A DNA stretch of 63,957 bases, the filler included, from Thelocarpon superellum (taxonomy: Eukaryota): assembly GCA_026025795.1 (NCBI GenBank). It is 3 parts of 3 records of this genome, joined end to end, with 100 filler letters (N's around TTAATTAATTAA, not from the genome) between each part and the next. Parts side by side here need not be neighbours in the genome. Positions count along the whole stretch, not along the records: positions 21,923 to 43,665 come from JAPEUG010000304.1; 2 more parts are not named here. One strand, 5' to 3'. The notes under the pieces were generated by a model. It searched no databases. It worked only from the letters and a program-made list of their open reading frames with translations, and was not told the DNA's origin. Each line of letters starts with the position of its first letter. The first letter of the stretch is position 1. The position numbers and the translations under genes were made by a program. Positions 26,526 to 39,832 of this stretch are shown here, one piece after another.

Positions 26526-28485
26526 TCAGGGAGGCAGGCAATATCATCAACCCTCCGGCCTCAATGACCGTGAATCCCTTCATTGCAAGTCAGATGGTTT
26601 TCGCCATGTGGCGACTATCGATTCGTCGGGCACCGAGGCGGGCGATTACTGAGAATAGATTCTCAACCTTGCTCATCCGGGTGTCCTCGTGCATGACGCG
26701 GGATTCATGAGCCCCTCATAATCAGCCCTGTCCCAGACCGACGGGCAGCGACGCCACCGTCCGAAACTGTCGCGTGCGGACCATGGATCCACGCCGAGGA
26801 TAGAACCACGAGTGAGAGAAGCATGCAGAGCAAGGAGCCGGGCTGCAGACAGACGGCGCGACCATGGGTCGTAGGAACACGCCTGGTATCCATACATGCA
26901 GGCACATGTATAGGGTGGAGGATCCTGACTTCCCACGCTTACCGGGGCCAAGGATAGTGGAAACAAATGCATACGAGTAATACCAACCCATTATTATTTG
27001 CCTAAATAATATGATCGAGTGGTGGTGGATGAGCTTGTCAGCGTTGGCCTTGGGCCGTCATGGGTGCGCATGGGTGCGGCGACGGAAACGGCGGTGGCGT
27101 TCGCGCTGGCCGGCCCGGTACCGACCCAGATCTTGCGAGGGTACAGCGTGCGACGGTACGTCGTCCTCTGTGGCTCGGGGCTCGCAAGCTTGGAAGCTTT
27201 GGAAGGCTGTCCGGGCGCCGCCAACGCCGCCTGCGATGCACGCCCACGCCCTCCCACGCATCCACGCCGCCGATCGCAGCCACGACCGGGCTCACCGCCT
27301 CTCTGATTGCTTCTGCCGCGGGAGGGCGCCGTTGTCTAGGCTCCGATCGTCTATCACGAATGAGCGTGGGGTCCCACTATGCGCGATAGGTCGCCCGACG
27401 TAGGCCATGGATAGTCTATAATTCGTACGCTACACGGTACTTTGTGACTATGCGTGACGTGGACGCCATCGGCCGTTGGAAGCGCTAGGTCTGCCTGCTG
27501 AATTGAGATGCTCCAACCAGCATTTGTGACGCGGGCCCTGGAAGCAGCTCGCCATGGACCAAGACCACGGTGATATCCGTTCGGTGACACCCTGCATTCG
27601 CGCCGGATCCGGCTGCAGCCTGTCTGCGTAGCTACGCAATCTCTATCCGGTCCGTCTGCCTTTCAACTGTGGTCTTGATCGCCGATACGAAATCGCCATA
27701 CACCGCTCCGCGTCTCTACTCGTACTCCTACCGCGCACTTACTGGTACAGACCGGACCCCGTCCGGACCCCGTCCGGACCCCGTCGGTCCGCCACGAAGG
27801 GACCCTCACCACTCTAGTCCGCTGCTCGCCGCCACCGTCATCCGAACCCTTCTCCACGATCCTCGGACCAGATTCTCGCCCGGTCCCCCCTTCGAACCGC
27901 CACTCTCCTCCCTGCCACCGCATCGCCCATCATCGGGCCATCTCTGGGTCAGCACCGACATCCTGCTCGACTGCGACCTTGCAGCCGATCTCATTCCAAT
28001 CACCAAACGACGATCGCTTCTTGCCGATCAACGCCTCCACCGCCGCGACCTCTCGGTCGGGTCAGCGTTACTCGGGTCTAGCGACGTCCACTGTGTGTCC
28101 GGGGTGTTCAAGCGTACGCGTACGTAGGGTCGCGACGACCCCAACAGCCGAAATCGCCCGTACGAGCGGAATGCCGTCAGAGGTAAGTTGGAATCACGAC
28201 TCGTCGGTCCCCTCAGCCATCCTGTTCACCTCCCTTGCCGTGGCGTGGTCGCGCGAAAGTTCGCCGCGGCGGACACGAGCCTCCCCTCCAACGCCGTCAT
28301 CGCTCGCCTCTGAGTGAAACGCTCGGACTCGGCCCTTGCGCTGACGAATCCATCGCACAGCCGTCGCCGCTCTCATCATTCACCATCCCTGAACATCTTG
28401 TGGTGATCGAACCGACCAACAGGCTGACATGGGCTCGGTGGTGATCAGCGACGTCGTGTCCGACACCACGCGCTTCCCCTACCAG

Positions 28486-30002
28486 ATGTTGGCCAGAGAC
28501 CCTCATCATCATCCGCGGCAGTCATCGCCCGGTGACCCATCCTATCGACCGTCAACCGCCTCGCCGCCTTCCGCTCGCTCCACCTCACACCCGACGCCGC
28601 CGACGTCGCTCCCCTCCTCCACCCCCGTCAGCGCGCGCGACCCCCGTGTGAGCGGCGCCGTCTCATCCTCACATGCGTCGCGACACACATCGCCCTATAC
28701 CCCACCGGGACTTTCCGCGTCCTCCACTCCGTCCGGGTCCTCCGGGATCATTGGGGCCTCCGGGGTGCTGCCAGCTCCCCCGGGGTCGGTGATACGGCAC
28801 TCCTTTCCTACCCAACGGCACATCGGTCAACCGATCCACGGCGTGGTGGCGTACATGGGACAGACGCCGCCCTTCGACCCAGCTGTGGCCTACCTCCCAA
28901 CATCTACCTCTCAATCTCCAGCACCCTCCCCATCAACCGGCGCCATCGTTGACCCCCCCGCCGGTGTACACCGTCGCATCAAGGTACAGAGTCTGGCGCA
29001 TATTCAACAACTCGCCAATGAAAATATCATCCAAACACGGCCGACTCCTTCAGTGCGATCCGGGCGGGGCTCTGAAGAACCTGGTCCGAAATTCGAGATC
29101 AGTGAGATGCCGGTGGCGGACGTTATTGAGATGGTCGCCGGCCTGTTAACCAAGATCACCACGACCAACGACCGCCAGCACGAGCATCTGCACCGACATA
29201 TCCCACCACCTGAGGGCACGACAGGCTTGAGCCAGCAAACATCGAGCGTCCTGGCGTTTCATGGGAAGAACGTGCCGAGCATCACGATCCTCAGCTATCT
29301 GAGTCGGATCCACAAGTATTGTCCCACGACGTACGAGGTGTTCTTGAGCCTGTTGGTATACTTTGATCGCATGACGGAGCGAGTCAACTCATCGCCCATC
29401 GACGACTCGCGGCCGGCGAGTCAGCATTCAGGTCGCGCCACGAACGTGCGGCGGGAGAGCGGAGGCCAAGTACACGACCCTGACGCACGGCGATCAAGCC
29501 ACAGCGATCGGCGGCCTGGCTCGCGACCCACGTCGATGAGCCCGCGAGAGCAGGTGGTGGAGACGTCGGGTGCATTCATTGTGCCCGAACCGGCCCCACG
29601 GCCCGAGTCGATGGACATGTCTCACTTCTTCGTCGTCGATAGCTTCAACATTCATCGGTTGGTCATCGCGGGCGTGACTTGCGCCAGCAAATTCTTCTCC
29701 GATGTCTTTTACACCAATTCGCGATATGCAAAGGTGAGAGAGGTCGACATTCCCACAGCAACCCCATGCTCACCTTGGGTCAGGTCGGTGGTCTTCCACT
29801 CGTGGAGCTCAATCATCTTGAGATTCAGTTTTTGCTCCTCAATGACTTCCGGCTTCTGGTTCCGGTGGAAGAGCTCGAGGCCTACGGGACGATGCTGGTG
29901 GAATTCTATGCCCGCGAGATCACGGCGCAACAGTCCACCCTTCCCATGGAGGGGGTGGTAGTAGAGGCGCCCACCGAACTCCAGTCACCCACGCCCCCCT
30001 AG
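28486..30002 (+). CDS. Pho80-subfamily cyclin (PCL6/PCL7-like partner of Pho85)
   Basis: VLAFHGKNVPSITILSYLSRIHKYCPTTYEVFLSLLVYFDR, VDSFNIHRLVIAGVTCASKFFSDVFYTNSRYAK|VGGLPLVELNHLEIQFLLLNDFRL; one coding intron ~29734-29783; start uncertain (see findings). Confidence 0.93.
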
Positions 30003-30949
30003 CGATCCGACTCCTTGCATTTGGCGTCGTCTTCACTGCACGACCCGCATGAACGGCACGACCAATCTTGAGCACCCGGCCCGTTCTTCCTGCACGTGGC
30101 TCGAGTCATCATGATGAGATTTTCCTATCATAGAGTCCTTTCTGCCATGTCTCTCACGACTTTCTTCTTCCCTCACGCTACGTCGGTAATCCCACCCCCA
30201 GAAATGGAGCGAGAGCATGTCACGTCAACCCGGGATTGGTTCGGATCGGATCGGAATGGAAAGGCACCCAACGGAAACGACGCTTTCTTTGGGCCTGCCA
30301 CGACCACGGGGGTGCAATGCAATGCGAGTGCGATGTGTGAATGTGCATATCAGCGATAGATGTTTTTCTTCCTTCTCCCTTCTTCAGATACCTCTTGCTC
30401 AAATCGTCTCTTCTTCGACGGCTGTTTCCACCTGGATGGTCTCCATTATGCACTTCACTTTGATGTGGTTCAATTTGTTCTGGAACGAAAGGAACGATCC
30501 CATATCGAGCCCTTCCCATTGGCTACGTTTACCTTTCCGTACTGCCTCCTCATCGAGGATCTTTTTTGCTTCTCATACTGCTGGCCGGAACAAGACGACG
30601 CGTTCTCTTTCTTCTTTCGTGCGACGGGACATAGATGGAGCGTTACAGAATATTCAATGCAGACGGGACGCGAGTGGGAAGCGGTCGGTGAAAGGGAGAG
30701 GAGGCGTGGGGAAGTTGGGGATGAGAAGGATGGGGAACCTGGGAGCCGGGGGGTGAGGGGGCGGGATGAAGGGACGAGAAAGTCCTCCAATCTATACGTC
30801 TGCGATATGACCAATACAACACTACATCAATACACCCCAGCATTCAACCCAACCAAAGCACCGCCTTCACGGCCCACCAGCTCAGCCGAGCAGTCTATCT
30901 CATAGAAAGCAGCCCTTTTAGGATGAAGAGCAAGCACGTGGGGCAGGGC

Positions 30950-32057
30950 TCAGGATACCTTCTCTGCCTCCTCCAGCAATTCCTCGACATTAAACGAGGC
31001 ATCGCCCTGACTGAAGCTCTCAAGCAGCTTCTGTCGCTTCGCCGCCTCTTCCGTCTCAATCGCCACCTCCCGCTCGCCCTCGACACCGACGCCGTAGAAT
31101 TTCTGAAGACACATTAACAGCCACTTGCCCTCCTCGACTGAGACGCCGCGACCTTCGAGCACGTTTCCCTGCAGCAGCACGAGGCCTTTCGGCTCAGCCA
31201 GGTCCAGGTGATGCGTGATGGTCGTGTGCGGCTGGCTGTATTCCCCACGGAGCTTGTACTCCGCTAGGTGCGTGAAGAGCACGGTGCTGGTCGTCGGGCT
31301 CGGAAAGGTCCACTGCAGGAAGTGGATCTCGGCCCCTTGTCCTTCGCGCGGGAGCGGGAGGATGAATTGTGGGTGTCGCCGCGCCGTGGACGCGAGCCGG
31401 TTGTAGGTGGGTGTTGGGATCACGGCGCACAGTGATGTGGGTGATGATGCGTGGCGAAGTCGCCAAATGTATTCAATCTCGCGCGGCGGGAGAGAGAGGG
31501 TCTTGTGAATGTCGATGTAAGAGGATAGGGGTTTGATTCCTCCCGGCTGGGCAGGATCTGGGGCGGCCCTGGAAGCGCTCGGGGGTGGCGGAGAGGCAGA
31601 TGGCGCGGGATTGGGTGGGCCGGGCGGAGATGGAAAAGGTGATGATGATGATGATGATGATGACGAGGAGGAGGCTGCCTCTGCGGCTGTGGCTAGCTCG
31701 ACCTCCTTCGCCTCTCGACGAAGACGGGCAATCTTGTCTTTGTAGGCCTCTTTAAGCTCGTTCACGTCTTTGAGTCCCTCCCTGTGTGTCCCGCATCAGC
31801 TCCGCAGGGTGACGCGGATTGCCCACGGTGTCATCCATGGTGACGAGGGCCACTGGGGGCGCGAGTCATGCTTACTCCTTGGCTTTCCGGTCCAGCTTCG
31901 CCTTGTACTTTTCCAATATCCGGTCCGGTTCATGGTGCGTGGCGAGGAAGCGTACATCGTGCACTTGAGCCCATCGTCGCTGCCAACCCCGTAAGAAGGG
32001 TGCTTTGACGGTGATGATGTGCCGTAGACTCGGCGGACGAAGGGCTGCCATGGTCAT
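30950..32057 (-). CDS. ATP11: Mitochondrial F1-ATPase assembly chaperone Atp11
   Basis: Arg-rich presequence, QRRWAQVHDVRFLATH, ILEKYKAKLDRKAKE|EG, IKPLSSYID, IWRLRH, HPQFILPLPREGQGAEIHFLQW, VLFTHLAEYKLRGEYSQPH, LLMCLQKFYG. Confidence 0.95.
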
Positions 32058-32927
32058 GACGGAGATCGTTGGGCCCTGGAAGACTGTTGACGGTCTGCTC
32101 TATCGCTCTTGGCCGCTAGCATGGCGCACTTGTTGACGACCTTGCTTATATAATCGTCCTCTACTCGCTGCAATCGAACCCCCGTCCCCTGGACATTGCA
32201 CCCCTACAACTCCATGCCTTGAATGTTGAGGCTCTCCTCGAGCTGTGTCATTGTGCACACTATTCCAATCTCGGTTCCTAGCTCTTCCCTTTCGTAAAGA
32301 TGAGCCTGGTCCTCATCGGCGCAGACCGCTTCGCCGTCAATCAAGCTTTTGCACCATGGCGCTCAACGCGCTCGTGGTAGTGTGGCAAACATGACCAGAT
32401 AGATGACCAGCGTCAGCTCACACGACGTTGACCACTCATCCTTTATCCTTGAATCCGACTCAGCATCTTCCAGTTACTAGAGGAGAGTTCGCGACTCGGA
32501 AACAACCACTCGGAAACATATCGCCCATCTCGTCAACACGCAACGTCCTTTAGCAACGATCTCATAGCGGGATGTGTCCCACCAAAGGTAAAGTAGGGTC
32601 TTACAGAACATCATGTATTCGCAACTCGCCTCCCCTTCTGCGTACGCGTCACCCCTGCCAAGCCAGGCCAAGGACTTAAGCGCTGTGACGCTCGATAATA
32701 TGTCTTGGAAACGCGGAGTTGCTGGACATCCAATCAATGCCCTCATACAGGGAACAATAGGAACGGGCGCAATGCGATTTTCGCGTCTGGTGAATTGCGG
32801 CAGTCGCGTGGCCCCGGCTCAGGGACAGGTGACTCGAAGATTGAAATGGCCGCGACATCTTACAGGAAAGGTTTTACAAGTCAGGTGGCTGAGAATGAGT
32901 TTGAGGACAGCACGAAGACCCACTCGC

Positions 32928-35261
32928 CTACTCTGATATGCTCTTGTTCTGACTCTCGATCATGTATGGCTCGAAGAAGGAAGACATCTGTCGGGCGTTC
33001 TCGGCGCCGATGCCCAATTCCCAGTCATCCAGCATTCCATCCCAATCTTGTCGTGACAAGGACAGATCAGGCAATGATTGCTGCCCTGATTGATGCCAAT
33101 CATGGGGAATCTGCGTGTCATGGGATGGTGCGACGTGCGCCAGGTGAGCTTTCGCGATTTGGTAAAAGTGGCTACACGCATGGTGTAGCTTTCTGACGCC
33201 TCCAGAAAGTTCGGCGACTGACTGGAGGGTCATCACAAAGGTCCCGAGAAGGGCGACGTCGTTGTAGTCGGATCGTGCGATGGCGTTTCCGAACACCACG
33301 ATGAACGGAACGAACGGGTTAAAGAGCGTGGACCTGGCATTGTATGAGTAGGAGTTAAGAAGCCAGAGATGACTGACCAATGCACAAACACGCGCCAGTG
33401 GTCGTCGCCTCTCTGCGTGATCTCTGGCCAAGCATCATTATGAAGAGTGAGTGCTTTGCGGGCGCTGAGAACACATTGATCGCCGAATTGCAGAGGATGA
33501 GTTGAATGGGTCGGCGGGATCATGCGATAGATCAGGGTCAAGGTTGAGTGGAATGTGATCTCAACGGATAGGAGTATTTCTCGGGTTGCTTCCTCGATGG
33601 GACTTTCCATGTCGTGAGACTTACCGAGTCAGTTTGAGTGCGAGGTGGGCATGGTCACATACTGCATGGAGCTGCTCCTGAAGATTGACAGCGCTGATGG
33701 CCAGTAGCCTCGCACGCTCCGTCTTGATGTCGACCGAGTTGTTCTGTGCTTGCGCCGAATATAGCTGAACGTAGATGAGACCCTGCAATTTGGCGTGATC
33801 TATCCAAATCGAGTAGAGACGACCCCAGATACCGTCGACGTCATCTGGGTAGATGAGACGACCTGTTGTGATGTCGTAGTCCTGAATGTTGGGCGCTCTG
33901 CCCAAGTTGAGCGCCAAAGCATGGTCCATGTTATACACCATCCAGAAAGTCATTCGCTGGTCCCGGTTTTCCTGACCTGACTTTGGGAGTCTGTGCAGAC
34001 CAGCATCCAACGACATTCGGGCCGCAGCCGAGACCAATGTCCAAGCGGACGACCGGATCGAGGAATCCAATGCCAGCGCAGCCTGGAATGATGAGCTTTT
34101 AGGTGTAAGAGACATTGGCTGGGCTTACCGCGAGGAGAAAGGCCTTGATATTCTCGAGACTGGGCGTCATGGACAGGCGCAAGTTTCGCACTGCCACGTC
34201 GACGTTACTGGAACAGATAGCAGTATTGCGCGCATGGTCAATCGGATTCAATCCAAGCTGGAGCTTTGCATCGTTGCTTAAGGCACGAAAGAGCAGGAAC
34301 ATGCCGCCATTGACGATTATGAAGGTGGCAATGGAGTATTCTTCAGTTGGAAAGTAGACTCTTTGGCAAGACTCGGTAAAGGAAGCCACGTCGACGAGTG
34401 GAAACTCCGTGAAGAATCTCTGTGGTTGTGCTTGACAACGTGTTAGCCCTGGGGAACGTTTCCTGGCACGTCGTCGTACTTCTTGCCACCTTCAACACCT
34501 TCAAAACCACGTGCGTCGGCAGAGACGGCAGTGTGGCCAGTTCTGGGTGGAGCACAGTCTCTTGTGCCTGTGGGATGGAGGAGAGTGAAGGAATCTGGGT
34601 GAAGCCTCTCTCCTCCAACAGGTTCTGCAAGGTGGAGACGGCGGCTAAAACAGCTTCATCGCCGGCCTCGTGTGGGGGTTCTCTGACGGTAGCTTCAAAG
34701 GCTTCGGTAGCCTGCCGGGACTGTGTACTGAAAGATGATTCGCCTTCGAAACTGCCTTCGAAGCCCGTCTGGGAGTCATGGCTTGGGGTTGGCAGCCCGT
34801 CATTAGGAGAGGGTCTGTGTTGCCCCTGTGCTGTGGAATTGTGCGTGGAGCTTCCCGCCAAAGCTTGGAGAGTATGGGAAAGTGTCTTTAGCTGTTTGTT
34901 CACGTCCGCAATTTCCTGCTCACTGAGTGTGACCGTGAGTCTGTGAGCATGCCAGTGACCGGGCAGACTGACTATCGACTCGAGATCAAGACCCGATGTC
35001 GTTTCTCTAATGTCTTCTGGGTGGTACGACAAGCGATACGAGACGACTTGCAGCTGGAGCAGGGAATCTGCTTATCGCACCGCACCTTGATGACCATCAA
35101 CTTGACGTGTCGGCATCGGCATCGGCATCAGCAGCGCCTCACCTTCCTCGAGCGGCACGAGTCACACTAACGAATCGACGTAAGCGAGCGATCGTTACGG
35201 GTGACAAGGGTCTTACGGCGATCAAGCGCAGTGTGGTGCCCTCAGCCTCCGGGTCAGACAT
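32928..35261 (-). CDS. Zn(II)2Cys6 transcription factor with fungal-specific TF (middle homology) domain, multi-exon
   Basis: IA|CDSCRSRK|VRCDKQIPCSSCKSSRIAC cluster; FEGESSFS, CQRVYFPTEEYS, AWTLVSAAARM..DAGLHR, FWMVYNMDHALALNLGRAPNIQDYDI, PFVPFIVVFGNAI. Confidence 0.9.
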
Positions 35262-35345
35262 GGCCGAAGTGACTGGCTGGATAGGAGTGGAAGATCTTTT
35301 CCCACCACATATTCGTGAAAGTGGAGCGAGTCCACCTATATGGAG

Positions 35346-35407
35346 TCCGCGGCCGCCGACAGAATACCGTACCCAGTCGGGAAGTCGCAGGCCGCGGCCG
35401 CCGCGGA
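35346..35407. promoter_or_regulatory. Candidate Zn2Cys6 binding sites (CCGCGG everted repeats, PDRE-like) in the divergent promoter
   Basis: TCCGCGGC 35346-35353, GCCGCGGA 35400-35407, and direct repeat CCGCGGCCGCCG at 35347 and 35392. Confidence 0.45.
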
Positions 35408-35873
35408 CCTAGTCTCGTTTACGTTTGACGTCACTAGGAGGGCTACCTACAGCTAGTAGCTGTAAGTGGACATTCTCCAGCGAATAGATGGGCCAATTAA
35501 TAATGACGCCGGAGACCAATCCATGACACCGCGACACGCGAACATGGTGGGAAACATGAGTGCCTTCGGTGCTGGTAGAGTTACTACGCATACGACGATA
35601 GTATCGTCGTATGCGCGCTACTGCACTAGCATTAAACATGGCCGATCCGGATCCCAGATCTAGATGTGCAGCAGTAGTCTATGCATCGGCATGCAGTCTT
35701 CGATGATCACATCTCGGCCTCGGGGCCGTTGCCCGACCGTACGAGCTGGCGATGCTAGCTTCTACGTCCTCTATGAAACAAGACAGCCATGTCCTCACGA
35801 CCGTTCCGTCCATCATCCAACAGCCATCTCCACTGGTGTTGTTCCCCCGTGAACAGCTTTTTCAAGCAGCATA

Positions 35874-38800
35874 ATGGAGGACACGCCAGAGAAACCCCCC
35901 GTGGGTGTACAGCTCACGTCGGCTGATAGCCCGGAGAAAGAGCCCGAAGGTGCCTTCAAGGACTATCTGGTAAATGATTCCGTTCCATGACATCCAATCT
36001 GCTAATGACAGTCAGAGGGTATTCAAATACGCCGACACCTTGGGCTGGACATTGAATGCCGTCGCTCTTCTTGGGTCGATTGCTTCGGGGGCCGCGTTGC
36101 CGCTGATGACGGTCATCTTCGGACAATTCTCGACCAAATTCAACAACTTCTCCACCGGGCGCTCCTCTCCCGATCAGTTCAGGAGCGACGTCGACCACTT
36201 GGTCTTATACTTCGTCTATCTCTTTGTCGCCCGCTTCATCATCACCTATGTTTCGACTGTCTCCATCACCATCTCTGCCATCCGAACCACCCGAGCACTC
36301 AGGCGTGCGTTCCTCGAGAGCACATTGCGACAAGAGGCCGGGCATTTCGACAAGCAGAGCAACGGAGCGGCAGCTACTCAAGTTACCACCAACGGGAACC
36401 GCGTCAATCAGGGCATTGCCGAGAAACTCGCCTTCGTCTTCCAGGCCTTGTCGACCTTCTTCAGCGCCTTCATCGTGGCGTTGGCCGTTCAATGGAAGCT
36501 GGCCCTGATCACCATGAGCCTTATCCCTGTCATCTTCATCGCCACGGGCGCGGTCCTTGGCGTCGATTCTACCATCGAGGCCGGCATCGTACGGATCTAT
36601 TCTCGGGCAGCCGTGCTCGCTCAAGAATCAATCGCCTCCATCTCTACCATCCAAGCTTTCTCGGCCCAGAAAAAAATGGTCGACAGATACGACGACTATC
36701 TCGACCAGGTGCACCAGCGGAGCAGAAAGAAGTCTCCTCTGTACGGCATCCTCTTCTCCACCGAGTACTTTTGCGTCTACAGCGCTGTCGCTCTATCCTT
36801 CTGGCAGGGCTTTCGAATGTATCAGAGTGGAGAGATTACCGATGTCGGGACCGTCTTCACGTAAGTCCACGTGCGCTGCCACCCACAGCTCTTCTCTCAT
36901 CTGAAACAGGGTCATTCTGTCGGCGATCATAGCAGCGACGTCCATCTCGGCGTTCGCACCTCAGATCCAAACCTTGACCAATGCTGCTTCGGCTGCTTCC
37001 GAACTCTTCTCCATCATCGACAAATCCTCGCAGTTGGACCCACTTGACAGCGCCGGCGCCCGGCCATCCTCTTGCCACGGCCAGATCGAAGTCTGCAGTC
37101 TCAACTTTGCGTATCCAACCCGTCCTCTGGCCCAAGTGCTGCACGATCTGACGTTGACGCTCCCGGCTGGAAAGACGACTGCCTTGGTCGGCGCGTCAGG
37201 ATGTGGCAAGTCGACGGTAGTGGGCCTCTTGGAACGTTGGTACGAACCAACCTCGGGCCAGATCCTACTCGATGGCAACGACATCTCAACTTATAATACC
37301 AAATGGCTTCGGAGCACCATCCGGCTCGTCCAACAGGAGCCTGTTCTCTTCCGTGGCACCGTGTTTCAGAACGTCGCCAAGGGCTTTCTCGACAATCAAA
37401 AGGCGCTCTCGACACAAGAGCAGAGGGATCTGGTTCAAAGCTCGTGCAAGGCAAGCAACGCGCATGAGTTCATCTGCCAATTGCCAAGCGGCTATGACAC
37501 GGAGCTTGGGGAAGGCGCGGGTATGTTGAGTGGCGGCCAGCGACAACGACTGGCCATTGCTCGAGCCATCATATCCGACCCCACGATCCTTCTACTCGAT
37601 GAGGCTACCAGCGCCCTCGATCCTCGAGCGGAGAACCTCGTTCAGGATGCGCTGCGACGAGTTTCGGAAAACCGGACGACGCTCGTGATCGCCCACAAAT
37701 TGGCTACAGTCCGAGACGCAGACAAGATTGTGGTCATGTCAGCGGGACAGGCCGTCGAAGAAGGTACCCACCACGACCTCGTGGCTAAGGATGGCCGGTA
37801 CGCCGCACTGGTACGCTCTCAAGACCTCGGACATGGCGACGACAGTGGCGACGTTGCGGAGAAGACGCTCGCCGAAGAGGTTGCCATTCCACCTGCCCTG
37901 GAGCAGGTGGTTTCCACCGCGCCGTCAGCAACCGTGGACGTCGAAGCTCGAAACTTGACCAGAGAGACGCTGGGATACTCCTTGCTACGATGCATCATCA
38001 TCATGTTTTCCGAGCAAACGTCGCTCTACCTCTGCTTCGTCGTCTCGACCATCGCGTGCCTGATTGGAGGGGCAACGTACCCAGCCCAGGCTCTGCTCTT
38101 CTCACGCCTCCTGACCGTCTTCACAAACACAGGGGCCGCAGCACGACAGGACGCCAACTTCTACTCGCTCATGTTCTTCGTCGTGGCTTTGGGAAACCTC
38201 CTGGCATATTTTGTGATTGGGTGGAATTGCAACATCATCGGTCTCACGGTGACTCATCGGTACCGCTTAGAGATGTTCCAGACTGTCTTGAAGCAGGACA
38301 TGGACTTCTTCGACCGAGCCGAGAATTCCTCCGGAGCGCTGGCCTCAAAACTTTCGGTCCTTCCCACGCAGCTGCAAGAACTAATCTCGATCAACGTGCT
38401 GTTGATCTTGATCGTGCTGGTCAATGTGGTTTCCAGCAGCGTCCTCGCTCTGGCTTTCGGGTGGAAGCTCGGCCTGGTCGTGGTCTTCGGCGGCCTCCCG
38501 CCACTGCTTCTCTCCGGATACGTTCGAATTCGGCTGGAGCAGAGATTGGAGGAAGAGATCTCCAACCAATTCTTCGAAAGCGCCGGTCTTGCGACGGAAG
38601 CAGTGGCAGCCATCAAGACGGTCTCATCACTCTGTCTGGAGTCGGCATTCCTGGCGGAATACTCGGAGCTGCTCGGCGGGATCGTGGGCAAATCGATCAA
38701 CACCACGCTGTTCACGATGCTCTGGTTTGCGCTCGCACAAAGCCTCGAGTTTCTGCTCATGGCGCTGGGGTTTTGGTACGGAGGACGGCTGATCGCAAGC

Positions 38801-39739
38801 GGAGAGTACACGACGCAGCAGTTCTACGTCATCTTCATCGGCGTGCTCTTCTCCGGCCAGGCGGCGGGTCAGTTCTTCAGCTACTCGACCAGTATCACGA
38901 AAGCGATCGGAGCTGCCAATTACATCCTCTGGCTGCGCACGCTCATACCAAAGATACGTGAGACCGAGGAGAATCGCGGCACGGGACCTTCTGGCGATGG
39001 TGCCATTGCCCTCGACGACGTGGCCTTCCGGTACGAACAGCGCAGGGCGGCGCGTGTTCTTGGTGGAATCTCCCTGAAAATTGAGCCGGGGCAATTCGTG
39101 GCCATTGTCGGGGCGAGTGGGTGTGGCAAGTCGACGCTGATATCGCTTCTCGAACGATTCTACGAACCAATCTCGGGCCGCATCACCTTAGACGGTCGAG
39201 ACGTCTCCGAGATGTCGCCACGGCTGTACCGGCAGAGGATTTCTTTGGTGAAGCAAGAGCCGATCCTCTATCAAGGCTCGGTGCGCGAGAACATCTCCCT
39301 CGGCCTCGAGCACGAGGCATCGGAAGAGCAAATAATTGAAGCGTGTCGACAAGCCAATGCACTCGAATTTGTCCAGTCGCTCCCGGAAGGCTTCGACACG
39401 CCATGTGGCTCTCGAGGCTTACAGTTCTCTGGGGGACAGCGACAGCGGATCGCCATTGCTCGAGCGATGATCCGGAATCCGCGTCTGGTGCTTCTGGATG
39501 AGGCGACGTCGGCGCTGGATACTCAATCGGAGCAGCTGGTACAAGCGGCGCTGGATGCGGCCGCAGCAACGAGGACGACGATTTCCGTCGCTCACCGCCT
39601 GTCCACCATCCGAAATGCCGATGTGATCTACGTCTTCGATCAGGGCAAGATTGCTGAGACGGGATCGCACGAGGAGTTGCAGCGGCAGAGAGGCATCTAT
39701 CATAGAATGTGTGTCGCACAGTCGCTAGACCAGCTCTAG
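35874..39739 (+). CDS. Full-length ABCB (MDR/P-glycoprotein-type) multidrug transporter
   Basis: TMD-NBD-TMD-NBD layout; two Walker A (GASGCGKS), signatures LSGGQRQR and FSGGQRQR, Walker B LLLDEATSALD / VLLDEATSALD, IAHKL / VAHRL; two short introns. Confidence 0.97.
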
Positions 39740-39776
39740 TCTCTTCTAGACTGCTTGAGACATTAGAAATCCGAAA

Positions 39777-39832
39777 CCTCAAGACCTGAAGACCGGAAGC
39801 CCTGAAGACCTGAAGACCTGAAGACCTGAAGA
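39777..39832. repeat. 8-bp tandem repeat (CCTGAAGA), about 6-7 imperfect copies, just downstream of the ABC stop
   Basis: aagacctgaagaccggaagccctgaagacctgaagacctgaagacctgaagaac is directly visible. Confidence 0.85.
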
